Source of the DNA: a virus | DNA length: 45,869 bases | Direction: 5' to 3' (one strand) | Virus record (IMG/VR): IMGVR_UViG_2721755987_000001 | Span: 1 to 45,869 of that record | Shown here: piece after piece, positions 1-8,630 of the stretch | How the letters are laid out: the number at the start of each line of letters is the position of its first letter | How positions within the stretch are numbered: the stretch's first letter is position 1 | Made by a program: the position numbers and the translations under genes | The notes under the pieces: generated by a model | Told to the model about the DNA's origin: nothing | The model's database searches: none | The model's input: only the letters and a program-made list of their open reading frames with translations

Positions 1-21
1 AACCGTACAACAGATTAGCAA
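1..21. repeat. attL core, 21-bp direct repeat identical to 45849..45869
   Basis: AACCGTACAACAGATTAGCAA occurs at both window ends. The sequence after the left copy does not continue as tRNA. Confidence 0.85.
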
Positions 22-171
22 GCCGTTAGATCAAGACCTGAAAGGCTTGTAAGTTAAGAAATCTACGGACAGCTTTCAAGCACTGCCCAAAAATTGCCCA
101 ATTTTTTGCTAATATTTAGAAGCCGCCCACATGGTGGCAACCAATTGAATGGAAACTTTTTCAACTACCCA

Positions 172-222
172 GGAAAGCCCGCGACAATCAAAGCCCGCGA
201 CAATCAAGTTCGCGGGCTTTCC
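172..222 (-). terminator. Putative terminator/repeat structure downstream of the tail operon
   Basis: 16-bp tandem direct repeat AAGCCCGCGACAATCA (175..190, 191..206). Either AAAGCCCGCGA copy can pair with TCGCGGGCTTT (210..220). On the minus strand the hairpin is followed by TTTGATT. Confidence 0.35.
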
Positions 223-492
223 GTATTTCGGTGTAGGTTTGTGACAGTTGGCAGCGGCTCCCGATTAGATCGCTTGCTGTGCAAGGCAACTAGTCGAAGC
301 TGGCAAAATCCCCAAGACTCTTTTCTTGAAAGGGTTTTGGGGATTTTGCTTTTGGATTTTTTGGACTAGGACTGAAAACGAAAAATCAGGCGTTTCAGAG
401 AGCGTACTACAACCCAAAAAGTCCAGGTTTAGTCCAGGTTTTGTAGCACGGCTTGTATTACGAATTTGCCTTGTGACAGTTGTGTGGAATTT

Positions 493-765
493 TCAGGGCA
501 TCGCGCTGACTTGGATCGACCCATTGGCCCCACGCACGCCGATCATCACCTCGCCCCGGCGAATCGTGCCGGAGCTGATCAGCTGCACGGGCACGCGCCC
601 GCCGTTGGGTAGCCTGCCCCAGTGCTGCCCATACTCGCAGCCGTCGTAGAGCAGCGTGTACTCGCCTCGCGTGTCGGCTGCGTCTTGGTGGGCGGTGAGC
701 GCCTCCAAGCGTTGGGCACGGCCGGCGGCGGTGGCGAGGCGGGCGCGATCGCTTAGGTTACTCAA
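493..765 (-). CDS. Hypothetical small tail-operon protein (90 aa)
   Basis: Trimmed from track ORF 493..849. TTG start at 765 overlaps the stop of the upstream gene (ATTGAGTAA) and is preceded by GGAGGTG. It is the last gene of the co-directional tail block. Confidence 0.45.
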   Translation of the reverse strand: MSNLSDRARLATAAGRAQRLEALTAHQDAADTRGEYTLLYDGCEYGQHWGRLPNGGRVPVQLISSGTIRRGEVMIGVRGANGSIQVSAMP

Positions 766-2044
766 TCCCCACCTCCAACTGAATATCAAGGGCGATCGCC
801 CCAGTTTCCTCATACGCCTGCACAAATCCCACCACAAGCCAAGATCCACTCGGAATCTCCAGCAGCGGATTGAATATGCCCCCCGCGCCTACCATTCCGT
901 CGCCCGCAGGATTGTAGTACACGTACCGGTTCGGCGTAATGGGATTGCCGTTGAGCAGCACCGACATTCGATCTAATTGAGAGCCAGTGGCAGGCAAATC
1001 GAACTCCGTCACCTCAAACTCGTAGTTCCCTGATCCGGTGTTTGTGTCAAAGCCGATAAGTCGATACGGCTCTAGCCCAATCGCCTCAAACACGTTCGCC
1101 TTGCCGTGCCACGCCCCCTCGATCAGGTTATTCAGCCACCAGAAACGGGTCAGCGGTTGGTTGCTGAGTGCCGCCGCCAGTGCCGCGTCGGGGCTATCGT
1201 TTGCCAAGTAGCTATCGAGGATCAGATTTCTTAAGCCCTCAATCGAGCCAGCAGTCGCCACCGTCGCGGCTGCCCCCAACCGGAATACCACCAGCCGGAT
1301 CTGTGCAGTCGGCGTGCCTGCTGGCTTATTCAGTTGCCCCCTAAGCTTCAGTTGACCGCCTCTTCTATAAACCCGGGCCATCGTCAGCCCGGCGTACCGT
1401 GCCCCCGGCGTGGCGGCACCGTCCATCCCATACTCGCAGACCGGTACGTCAAAACTCAGCCCATGCACAACGGGCCTGGTTTCGTTGGATGCGTACAAAA
1501 AACAGCCCTCGGTGCCAGTGTTCAATCCGGCACCGGCATAGGCATTCTTCGCTGCAAGCATAGCTGGAGTATTGCACTGTAGTCCGCAGATCAGAGGGGG
1601 CGGAATTCGATCTAGCCCGGCCATCTGGTAGTGCGGTTCCAGATTGTAGATGAATAAATCCCCTATCCCCGCTGGCTCGACTAGGTTTCCGCCCAGATTT
1701 TCGTACCACCAAACAGAAATCAGGTTCTCTTCGGAAACTGATTGGCGACGGCGGCGGGTTTGTTGGTTTAGCCGAGTTCCGCAGCCCAGGAACTGAACGG
1801 GTGAGCCGATCGGGGTGGATCCATTGGTGATGTAGCCGCCTCTGGCTTGGTAGGGCTGTCCTCCCAGCGGTTGGACAAGTGGTCGCCCGTTTGCCCAGCC
1901 GGCTGCGACGTGGTGAGTGCTGCTGCACCGGCGATACTGCTCGGCGTTGAGGAGCGATCGCCCTCTTTCCGTCCGTCCGCCTTCGACTAGATCCCGCGCC
2001 CGCTGCTGTAGCAGGTCGTCTTGTGGCTGTTCGCAGCAATCCAT
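758..2044 (-). CDS. Hypothetical tail-fibre/baseplate-region structural protein (428 aa)
   Basis: Long ORF whose start overlaps the upstream gene's stop at 2044. Lies in the tail-distal operon. No motif recognised. Confidence 0.6.
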   Translation of the reverse strand: MDCCEQPQDDLLQQRARDLVEGGRTERGRSLLNAEQYRRCSSTHHVAAGWANGRPLVQPLGGQPYQARGGYITNGSTPIGSPVQFLGCGTRLNQQTRRRRQSVSEENLISVWWYENLGGNLVEPAGIGDLFIYNLEPHYQMAGLDRIPPPLICGLQCNTPAMLAAKNAYAGAGLNTGTEGCFLYASNETRPVVHGLSFDVPVCEYGMDGAATPGARYAGLTMARVYRRGGQLKLRGQLNKPAGTPTAQIRLVVFRLGAAATVATAGSIEGLRNLILDSYLANDSPDAALAAALSNQPLTRFWWLNNLIEGAWHGKANVFEAIGLEPYRLIGFDTNTGSGNYEFEVTEFDLPATGSQLDRMSVLLNGNPITPNRYVYYNPAGDGMVGAGGIFNPLLEIPSGSWLVVGFVQAYEETGAIALDIQLEVGIE

Positions 2045-2745
2045 TAGCGGCTGCCCACCTGAACGGCGATCGCCAGATTTGCCCCAGGCTGCAAGATTCG
2101 GGTGTTGTTGCCAGAACTATCGACCGGAACCTTCTCAAACAGCAGAGCCACGCCGTTGGCAAACCTGCACCGCAGCGATCCAGAAAAGCTGCTCCCTATA
2201 GTCAGCGGCGAACCGCCATCGGTCGCCGAGATGCGGAACCCGTTTGACGAAAGTGACGTGGATGAAACCCAGTAGTAGGTATCTGCAGTGATTCCTGTGG
2301 GATAACTGCTGGCTCCGTCGAAAAACACTCTATCCCCAGCGGCCAAACCGTGCGCCGTCGCGCACTGAAGCACATTGCTGGATATGGACGTAATCAGCCT
2401 GTTACTGTTGGCGTTGCCGTCGGCGATCAGCGCCACGCAATCGTATTGCAGTGGCGTGTTGGGGCTGTTTGGCTTGGTGATCGTCACCAGTTGCGGCCCG
2501 TAGCTCACCAAGTTATCGATCGTGTTTTTGGCGGGTGCTGCGCTGGGTGTCCAGGTGACGCGCTCGTAGCCGTCTGAGTGGTTCACCTCTTTCTTTAGCA
2601 CTGCCATGTGGGTGGCGTTTTGGGTCATCGCGTCGGTGTCGTTGAGCAGCGCGATCCGAAACTTGGCGGGGTCAAATTTGGCGCGAGTGCGGTAGCCAAT
2701 TTCCAAAAGCTCTACCATGCCGTCCAAAAAAGCTGCAAAAGCCAT
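2044..2745 (-). CDS. Hypothetical tail-associated protein (233 aa)
   Basis: ORF coupled at both ends (shared bases at 2745 and 2044) within the tail operon. Beta-rich S/T/G/N composition. Confidence 0.6.
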   Translation of the reverse strand: MAFAAFLDGMVELLEIGYRTRAKFDPAKFRIALLNDTDAMTQNATHMAVLKKEVNHSDGYERVTWTPSAAPAKNTIDNLVSYGPQLVTITKPNSPNTPLQYDCVALIADGNANSNRLITSISSNVLQCATAHGLAAGDRVFFDGASSYPTGITADTYYWVSSTSLSSNGFRISATDGGSPLTIGSSFSGSLRCRFANGVALLFEKVPVDSSGNNTRILQPGANLAIAVQVGSR

Positions 2746-3176
2746 TACGCCTCCAGTTTGCCAACGTCGTCACCTGTTTCAACCCAGCGCAGAGGGATAT
2801 TGTTCTCAGCGACGATCGCATTCCACTCTGCAATCGCCTCCGGATCGATTTCGCCTTCAAATCGCTCCACCAGCGCGTTCCAACTGCCCACCACGAAGCC
2901 CACAAACGGCTCGTCTTTGCCAGCTTCGATTTGGAGGGCGATCGCTGTTTGTGGGTCGATCTGCATGAGCTGTCCCAGCAGCAGCCGGAAGCCAGGATCG
3001 TTTAGCACAGAAATTCTGAAAGCCCCCCAGTTGGGCACGGGTGCAGCGCGACTCAGAAACTCCACCACCGCCGGATCATCCTCGGACACCTCGATCCACT
3101 CCTTAGCTTCGGCGCTGGGCGGGCTGGTGGCGTAGGCAATCACCGTTTCGTTTTCATCCAATTTTATAAAAGGCAT
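2745..3176 (-). CDS. Hypothetical acidic protein (143 aa), possibly a fibre assembly factor
   Basis: Track ORF 2745..3200 trimmed to ATG 3176 (MPFIKLDEN), which lies directly after the stop of the upstream gene at 3179..3181. Confidence 0.5.
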   Translation of the reverse strand: MPFIKLDENETVIAYATSPPSAEAKEWIEVSEDDPAVVEFLSRAAPVPNWGAFRISVLNDPGFRLLLGQLMQIDPQTAIALQIEAGKDEPFVGFVVGSWNALVERFEGEIDPEAIAEWNAIVAENNIPLRWVETGDDVGKLEA

Positions 3177-3178
3177 AA

Positions 3179-5953
3179 CTAGTACAGGGGGTCGATCCAT
3201 CCAAGCGTTTGCAGTCCAATGATTGTTACGGCACTATCAGCCCAGAAACGCACCTGCCTGGATGTGTTGGTGGCGATCGCCTGATTGAGCGGCAGGCGCT
3301 GCACAACCGTGGTGTTTGTTAATCCAGTAAAGTTCCAGGTCGGGATTGAAGTGGCAGACAGGTTTGCGGGGCCAATCCGAATAACAACGCTGTGTTCATT
3401 AGTAATTAATCGGATAATTGGCTCTACTTGCACACCGTTAGGAACTGTAAGCGCTTGCAGGTTTGTATTTGAGGTGGGCACCGACCCGGCGAAATCGTTG
3501 ACCGGACTTTCCAGCGTGAACATTGCCCTGGTTTGCAGAAAATTGCGGATGCTGCTACTGCCATCCGTTAGCACCGACCCAATCCGGCGGCGGCTCAAAT
3601 AGCCGCTGGGAGCATTCGCACCGGTCACGCTCGTATCGAACATATAGTCCACCTGCCCAGCCGAATTCACGATCGCAAAGACGTGATAGGTGGTATTGGC
3701 TGCCAGTGACCCGCCGACGCGCCCGCCGTTGCCCGTACCCGCCACCCAAGTGGCGTTGATCGATTTGGTGATATTGCTGGGGGCGATCGCCACCGCTCGA
3801 ATATTTTCATTGTTGACGGGGTAAACGCAGCGCCCCGCCGTGATGCGGATCTGCGTGCTGCTGACCCATTCTAGGGTCATGCCTTCGGGTGGAATTGTGA
3901 GCGGTGCATCAAGCATGTCGTCTATCAAGCTCCCAGCTTGTTGAATCGTTCCCTGTAGCTCCAAGGCGGGTTGCACCATTCCGGCTGTCTGCACAGTCCC
4001 GCCAAACTCAAACTCTTCTTCGAGCGCATAGCCAGGGGCAAACAGCGTGCCCGTGAGCGCGATCGCCCCTGCAAAATCAAACGATTCGGCGTAGGGGTGA
4101 AACACGTACTCGTCTGGGTCGGTCACGCCGTCGGCGGGTGGCGTGGGTGGTGGGGGCGATCGCCGTTTTACCTGCCCCAGATTGATTGAGTCTCCACCGA
4201 CGACTCCCCGCCGCGCCTCATGCACGAAGCTCAGACCGTCTGTCAGGTGGCGGGTGATCGTGCCGTTTGGCTGAATCCAGTCGATCACCAAGAGGGGCTG
4301 ATAGTTTGCCAGAAATCGCTGCCGCAACGGTAGCACCCAGTTTAATCGCGCCTGCCTGCCATGCAGCAGCGCCCCCTCACGCCGGGCCACTTCCTCGCAG
4401 TGGGCATCGCTCACGGGATAGCGCACCTCGTATTCTCTATCCGCCTCCTGAAAGCTGCTGCCAGCCACAGGCGGGAATCTCGCCTCGCCCTTGTATTGCC
4501 GTTCCTCTCCGTCATTGGGTTCGGCTCTGCGCTCTGGCGAGGGGGGCTGCGTGTCACCGCTGCTGCTGTAGTTGGTGCTGGCTCTGCTGGTTTCACCCGG
4601 CTTGTATTTCCGCACCTTGGAAAATTGAATCCACCCGCGCCCCTGCTTATACCAAAATTGTGTCTCCCACTCGCTTAGCTTCATGCCGTAGGCGCGGGTG
4701 TTGAGGGGCTGATCCGGCGCATAGCCCAGCACGATCGCCGCTGGCTCGTAGGTCTTTTTGTCGATCCGAATTGTTGCGTCGTCAGCGTAGGTGTAGGTTT
4801 CCTCGATTTCCTTAGAGTCGATTAGCCCCGTGTCGCCAGGATTGGTTGCTGGAAACACCACGCCACGCGGTTGCCGCACTCTGCTGCGCCTCCTGCGTAG
4901 CAGTCCTTCCGGCCCGTCGTCGTAGTAGGTGAAATTGTCTTCCTCAGTGGCGCGGATCAGCGTCTTGGAGCCGGGATACTGCTGTGGAAAGAGCCGCCCG
5001 CGTGGTTGCCGCACGTTGGTAAAAGTTGCGATTGTTGATGTGCCGAAACCAGTGAACACCGTGCTGCTGATCTCGCTGGGGTCAAACTCGGCATCGGCTG
5101 CGATGGAGAAAACAGGCAGCGGATTCGTGACCTCCTTCACTTCTGGAGCCACACCCACCGCCCTCACCCGCTCGGCTGGTGTTTCGTCAGGGGCGATCGC
5201 CTGCACCTCCACCTCACCCGTGCCAATTCGCACGCGCAGGTCTGGCGTGTCTGGATCGCTGGGCACCTTCCGGGCGCGGAGCCGCTCTTGATTGTCGATC
5301 CACAGCACGTAGCCCGCGTCCCAGGCCAGTGCCCCCATCGTCGCTACGTAGCTCTGTTCTGTGGGCACGGGGTAATTCAGCGGGTATTCGTCGATCGCAT
5401 CTTGCAGCGCCCCGATGCCCACCTTGGCAGCCAGCCGGTTGATGATCTCTGTGCGCGTGGTCATCTCACCCAGCCTGATTCCGCTTTCGTCGCTGGGTGG
5501 CTGGCGATAATCCTGCAACGCCAGCAGGCAACCGATCTCGATCTCCAGGGTGGGCGCTCTACCAATCGGCGGCGCGGGTGGCTTGAGGATTCGCAGCCGT
5601 CCCCGTGGGTGAGCCACCGTTGCGCCCGTATTGTCTTTGATCTGCACAATCACCCGGCAGCCCCGCGCAAACCGAGCCGGGTTAACCAGTGGATCAAGCG
5701 CTTCGACAAAAGCATCCACTGGGCTAGCCGGGATTACCAGCGTCCCCGTCGTTTTGCTCAGACCGTCGCTGCTCAGGTGCGCGTCTTTCGTGTCGAAGCC
5801 CACCACTGGCACGGCGATCGCCCCGCTGCCATCTGGATAGGCGAGAGACACAGAGATAGGGTTGTTGCCGAGGTCTAGGATCACGCCATAATTTTGGCAC
5901 CGCTGAGCTATTTTTCCCAGAAATTCCCTGAGTGCCTCTTGATACCGCTTCAT
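3179..5953 (-). CDS. Large tail-tip / host-specificity protein (924 aa), putative receptor-binding C-terminus
   Basis: Track ORF 3179..6082 trimmed to ATG 5953 (MKRYQEAL), just after the stop of 5958..6326. Contains a tandem ~34-aa repeat beginning VRQPRG. The C-terminal ~250 aa are rich in N/T/S/G/V, like phage receptor-binding tips. Confidence 0.65.
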   Translation of the reverse strand: MKRYQEALREFLGKIAQRCQNYGVILDLGNNPISVSLAYPDGSGAIAVPVVGFDTKDAHLSSDGLSKTTGTLVIPASPVDAFVEALDPLVNPARFARGCRVIVQIKDNTGATVAHPRGRLRILKPPAPPIGRAPTLEIEIGCLLALQDYRQPPSDESGIRLGEMTTRTEIINRLAAKVGIGALQDAIDEYPLNYPVPTEQSYVATMGALAWDAGYVLWIDNQERLRARKVPSDPDTPDLRVRIGTGEVEVQAIAPDETPAERVRAVGVAPEVKEVTNPLPVFSIAADAEFDPSEISSTVFTGFGTSTIATFTNVRQPRGRLFPQQYPGSKTLIRATEEDNFTYYDDGPEGLLRRRRSRVRQPRGVVFPATNPGDTGLIDSKEIEETYTYADDATIRIDKKTYEPAAIVLGYAPDQPLNTRAYGMKLSEWETQFWYKQGRGWIQFSKVRKYKPGETSRASTNYSSSGDTQPPSPERRAEPNDGEERQYKGEARFPPVAGSSFQEADREYEVRYPVSDAHCEEVARREGALLHGRQARLNWVLPLRQRFLANYQPLLVIDWIQPNGTITRHLTDGLSFVHEARRGVVGGDSINLGQVKRRSPPPPTPPADGVTDPDEYVFHPYAESFDFAGAIALTGTLFAPGYALEEEFEFGGTVQTAGMVQPALELQGTIQQAGSLIDDMLDAPLTIPPEGMTLEWVSSTQIRITAGRCVYPVNNENIRAVAIAPSNITKSINATWVAGTGNGGRVGGSLAANTTYHVFAIVNSAGQVDYMFDTSVTGANAPSGYLSRRRIGSVLTDGSSSIRNFLQTRAMFTLESPVNDFAGSVPTSNTNLQALTVPNGVQVEPIIRLITNEHSVVIRIGPANLSATSIPTWNFTGLTNTTVVQRLPLNQAIATNTSRQVRFWADSAVTIIGLQTLGWIDPLY

Positions 5954-5957
5954 CGAG

Positions 5958-6326
5958 CTAGCGTATGCAAGCCAAGGGGTTTTGCATTTTGTAAGAAACC
6001 ATTGCTGCACAGAAGTCATCAGGCAGGATTTCAGACCCTTCAGGATCGGCTGTGTTCCCCAGCGCCAAAGGCTTGCCAGCAAAGCTTTTCAGGCATTCTG
6101 GAAGGCTGTTGTTCCCCAGGTCGGAAGCACTGATTTTCCGTACCCAGTAAATGATGGATTTGTGATCCTTGCCAATGAACCGACCGAGCCCTCGGTGACT
6201 CATGCCCGATCGACCAGTGCGGCGATCAGTGTAGTAATCAATGCCGTCTTCTACAGCCTTGATAAAGTCACCTGTCATCTGAAAAAACGGGAATATCGAG
6301 AAGTCGTCAAAGTTGTCGCTACTCAT
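5958..6326 (-). CDS. Hypothetical protein (122 aa), possible DNA-binding/antirepressor-like
   Basis: ATG 6326 preceded by AGGAGGTG. It starts 5 nt after the stop of the HTH gene. The segment GMSHRGLGRFIGKDHKSIIYWVRK looks HTH-like. Lies in a low-GC, HIP1-poor island. Confidence 0.5.
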   Translation of the reverse strand: MSSDNFDDFSIFPFFQMTGDFIKAVEDGIDYYTDRRTGRSGMSHRGLGRFIGKDHKSIIYWVRKISASDLGNNSLPECLKSFAGKPLALGNTADPEGSEILPDDFCAAMVSYKMQNPLACIR

Positions 6327-6330
6327 GCTG

Positions 6331-6543
6331 TCACCTCCTGAACGAATACGCCAGAAATTCTCCAGGTTGAGCTTTGTAAGTCTCACAAATGGCGGTTACA
6401 GCTTTTTTGTCTGGATAGACACTTCTGTCCCTAAACAGTCGATAAGCCGTTGACTGAGGAAGCCCTGTGTCTTTCCAGAAGCGGTAGGCAGTGGTTACGC
6501 CCCGCGCTTCTAGGAATTTGTCGAGAGTGTTCATAAGTCCCAT
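6331..6543 (-). CDS. Small XRE/Cro-type helix-turn-helix regulator (70 aa)
   Basis: TAYRFWKDTGLPQSTAYRLFRD plus C-terminal ICETYKAQPGEFL is the typical pattern of short cyanobacterial HTH regulators. Divergent promoter region lies upstream. Confidence 0.65.
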   Translation of the reverse strand: MGLMNTLDKFLEARGVTTAYRFWKDTGLPQSTAYRLFRDRSVYPDKKAVTAICETYKAQPGEFLAYSFRR

Positions 6544-6564
6544 GAAATAACAGTACCACCCTTA

Positions 6565-6593
6565 ACGGTACTGCCATTCGTTGAAAGTGTCAA
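6565..6593 (-). promoter_or_regulatory. Putative promoter for the HTH gene
   Basis: On the minus strand: TTGACA (6593..6588), 17-nt spacer, TACCGT (6570..6565). The -10 overlaps the operator-like site TACCACCCTTAACGGTA (6554..6570). Confidence 0.35.
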
Positions 6594-6612
6594 CAAATGG
6601 GGTTGTTATAGA

Positions 6613-6641
6613 TTGACAGTGCCATTAAGTGGTAGTATTCT
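6613..6641 (+). promoter_or_regulatory. Putative sigma70-type promoter for the 6735.. operon
   Basis: TTGACA (6613..6618), 17-nt spacer, TATTCT (6636..6641). The spacer holds TGCCATTAAGTGGTA (6620..6634), a reverse-oriented relative of the 6554..6570 site. Confidence 0.45.
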
Positions 6642-6734
6642 TTAAACAAGAGAGGGGCGATCGCTCCGCCTGGACAGCTAAGTGCGATCGCCCCTCTCAC
6701 CACATCAAACCCTTAACAAAGGATTTCCTCAATT

Positions 6735-6917
6735 ATGCACCTACTCACAATTCAAGACGGCGAATACACAATCGACCTGGACTTGATCTCTGAAATCTAC
6801 TGGGAGAGCGAAGACGAAGCCACGGTGACTCTGACCACCGGGAACGCTTACACATTCGAGGACGAAGACCTGGAAGCCTTGAAGCGCTTTGTTGCTGAAA
6901 AGCAGCAAAAGCAGTAA
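6735..6917 (+). CDS. Hypothetical small acidic protein (60 aa)
   Basis: ATG with AAGGA upstream. First ORF downstream of the predicted promoter. Confidence 0.5.
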   Translation: MHLLTIQDGEYTIDLDLISEIYWESEDEATVTLTTGNAYTFEDEDLEALKRFVAEKQQKQ

Positions 6918-6955
6918 GCACAGCACTTCTCAGCAAACCCTCACAGAGATATCCA

Positions 6956-7210
6956 ATGGCAATTTTCAACTTTTCAGGAGACGACTCTCGCGGCTCGGGC
7001 CGCAAGTACCGCGCTTTTCAAGAGGAATACACCGCCCCTCGCACACCCCAGAAGCACTGCTCTCGCAGCATGGCGATCGCCTGGGGTCGCCTAGCCGCAA
7101 CGCTCGGCTGGGATCTCGAAATCGACCTCCCCAACGAAGTTGAGCCTGAATATCACGACGTGGCTCGCAAGTTCTATCATCTCACGTTGTCTCGGCGGAG
7201 GGCTGCATAG
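6956..7210 (+). CDS. Hypothetical protein (84 aa)
   Basis: ORF in the co-directional early-type operon. Its stop overlaps the next start by 1 nt. Confidence 0.45.
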   Translation: MAIFNFSGDDSRGSGRKYRAFQEEYTAPRTPQKHCSRSMAIAWGRLAATLGWDLEIDLPNEVEPEYHDVARKFYHLTLSRRRAA

Positions 7211-7416
7211 TGGAGGTGGTGACTCTGGCTAAGCTGGAGTCGCCACCTGCCTCTCAGGTGACGGCTCCAGAATGTGCAGGCTGCTTCTGGTGGGAAGCGT
7301 CGGAGCGGGCGCGGGGCGTAGGATTTTGCTGGTGGCATCATGACCGCGTGATTGGCTGCGACAAGGCGTGCAGCTCGTATTCAAACAGGGAGAATGACCC
7401 ATGCCCAAAATCGTGA
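7210..7416 (+). CDS. Hypothetical Cys/His-rich small protein (68 aa), possible zinc binder
   Basis: GTG start. Contains CAGC...C..HH...C...C. Overlaps the next gene by 16 nt. Confidence 0.4.
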   Translation: MEVVTLAKLESPPASQVTAPECAGCFWWEASERARGVGFCWWHHDRVIGCDKACSSYSNRENDPCPKS

Positions 7417-7883
7417 CCCCAATCGTGTGCCGGGTGCAGGTGCTCGGCAAGGTGAAGCCCTCTGAGTACACAGAAGCGGGCTATCGCTCGGTGCTGTTTG
7501 TGGAGGCTGAATACTTTGGCAAGCCGCAAGAGGAAGTGCCGGAGTCCGCTAGGATCTGGCAATCCTTTGATGCTGACGATGAGGCGCTGCGATCGCTCCA
7601 GAAAGGGACGTGGGTGGAGCTGCTACCCGTCGGTGAAAAGAACGGCAAACCTCGCTATGGACTAAAGCTGATGTCTCTACCTACCCAGCCACAGACAGCC
7701 CAAACTCAGACGGCTGGGCTAACACCGGCTCAGAAGCGGGCGATCGCCGCCAAGGTTGAGCAAGATGCTGCCCTACTCAAGTTCTGCTACGACCAGGCGC
7801 GTCAAAAATTCGCGGGTGTGATAGACGATCCAGAGTCGTTGCGAGCACTGGCCACGACGCTGTTTATTCAAGCCCTTCGCTAG
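7401..7883 (+). CDS. Hypothetical protein (160 aa)
   Basis: ATG preceded by GGGAGA. N-terminal beta-rich half, Q/T/P linker, helical C-terminus. No motif recognised. Confidence 0.55.
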   Translation: MPKIVTPIVCRVQVLGKVKPSEYTEAGYRSVLFVEAEYFGKPQEEVPESARIWQSFDADDEALRSLQKGTWVELLPVGEKNGKPRYGLKLMSLPTQPQTAQTQTAGLTPAQKRAIAAKVEQDAALLKFCYDQARQKFAGVIDDPESLRALATTLFIQALR

Positions 7884-7905
7884 ACAGGACGTTCCAAAGC
7901 AAAAT

Positions 7906-7929
7906 CCCAGTCCGGAACTCCGGACTGGG
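7906..7929. repeat. Palindrome-family copy 1 (CCCAGTCCGGA-AC-TCCGGACTGGG)
   Basis: 11-bp perfect arms. The core AGTCCGGAACTCCGGACT (7909..7926) differs by one central base from the 18-mer at 27809, 38309 and 43492. Confidence 0.8.
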
Positions 7930-8305
7930 GTGCGGGGCAAGCCGTAAGAGGCTTACAAGTCACGGACCAAGGTGATTGAGCTGGTCTGGGGTGTGGCGAA
8001 GTCGGGAACCAGCAGCCGTTATTGGGCGGCAAAATGGAAATTTAGGCGTATCCTTCACAGAAGGGGAAAGCCGTTGCCTGGTAAGCCTTGGGGCGAAGAT
8101 GCGGACGATCTGAAGGGATTTGGGAGGTGAGCAAGATTTTTGAGCGTTTTCCGCTGCGCTGTCCGGAGGGCTGGCCCCGGATAAACTCAGCAGAGCGGAA
8201 ACAGGCCAGTTTCGGCAGCGTTAATATGTTGACAACGGGTATATTGTAGAGCCATAAATGGTTTAAGGCAAAACGAAAAGAACGATTCCAAGCCTGGAGG
8301 AAACA

Positions 8306-8560
8306 ATGAGAGCTAAAACTCAAAGCACTGTTGACTACTATTTCGCTACCCCAACATGGGAAACATTGTATTTGTGGGGGCTGATCCCGGCGGAACTAGG
8401 AATAGACTCAGATCACTATTCCTGGTTTTGCCAACGAGCGATCGCAGCGGGGTTAGATCCAGAGGTTCACGTAGAAAACGCAACGCCCTTGACCTTCAAA
8501 CACATGAATTGTTTTATCTCAGAAGAGCTTTTCAACGTACTGAGAAATCAAAGCAAGTGA
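8306..8560 (+). CDS. Hypothetical protein (84 aa)
   Basis: ATG preceded by CTGGAGGAAACA. Follows a 420-bp non-coding gap. Confidence 0.5.
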   Translation: MRAKTQSTVDYYFATPTWETLYLWGLIPAELGIDSDHYSWFCQRAIAAGLDPEVHVENATPLTFKHMNCFISEELFNVLRNQSK

Positions 8561-8630
8561 TCAGCGATCGCACAAAGAACCCCGCGCATTCCTGGCTGCG
8601 CTGGGTTTCCCGTTAACGGGAGATTCAATT

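Noticed and set aside
94-649. Track ORFs 94..369 and 326..649 in the attL-proximal arm.
   Set aside because: The region is low-complexity and repeat-rich. The ORFs overlap each other and the end of the tail gene, and have no RBS or motif support.
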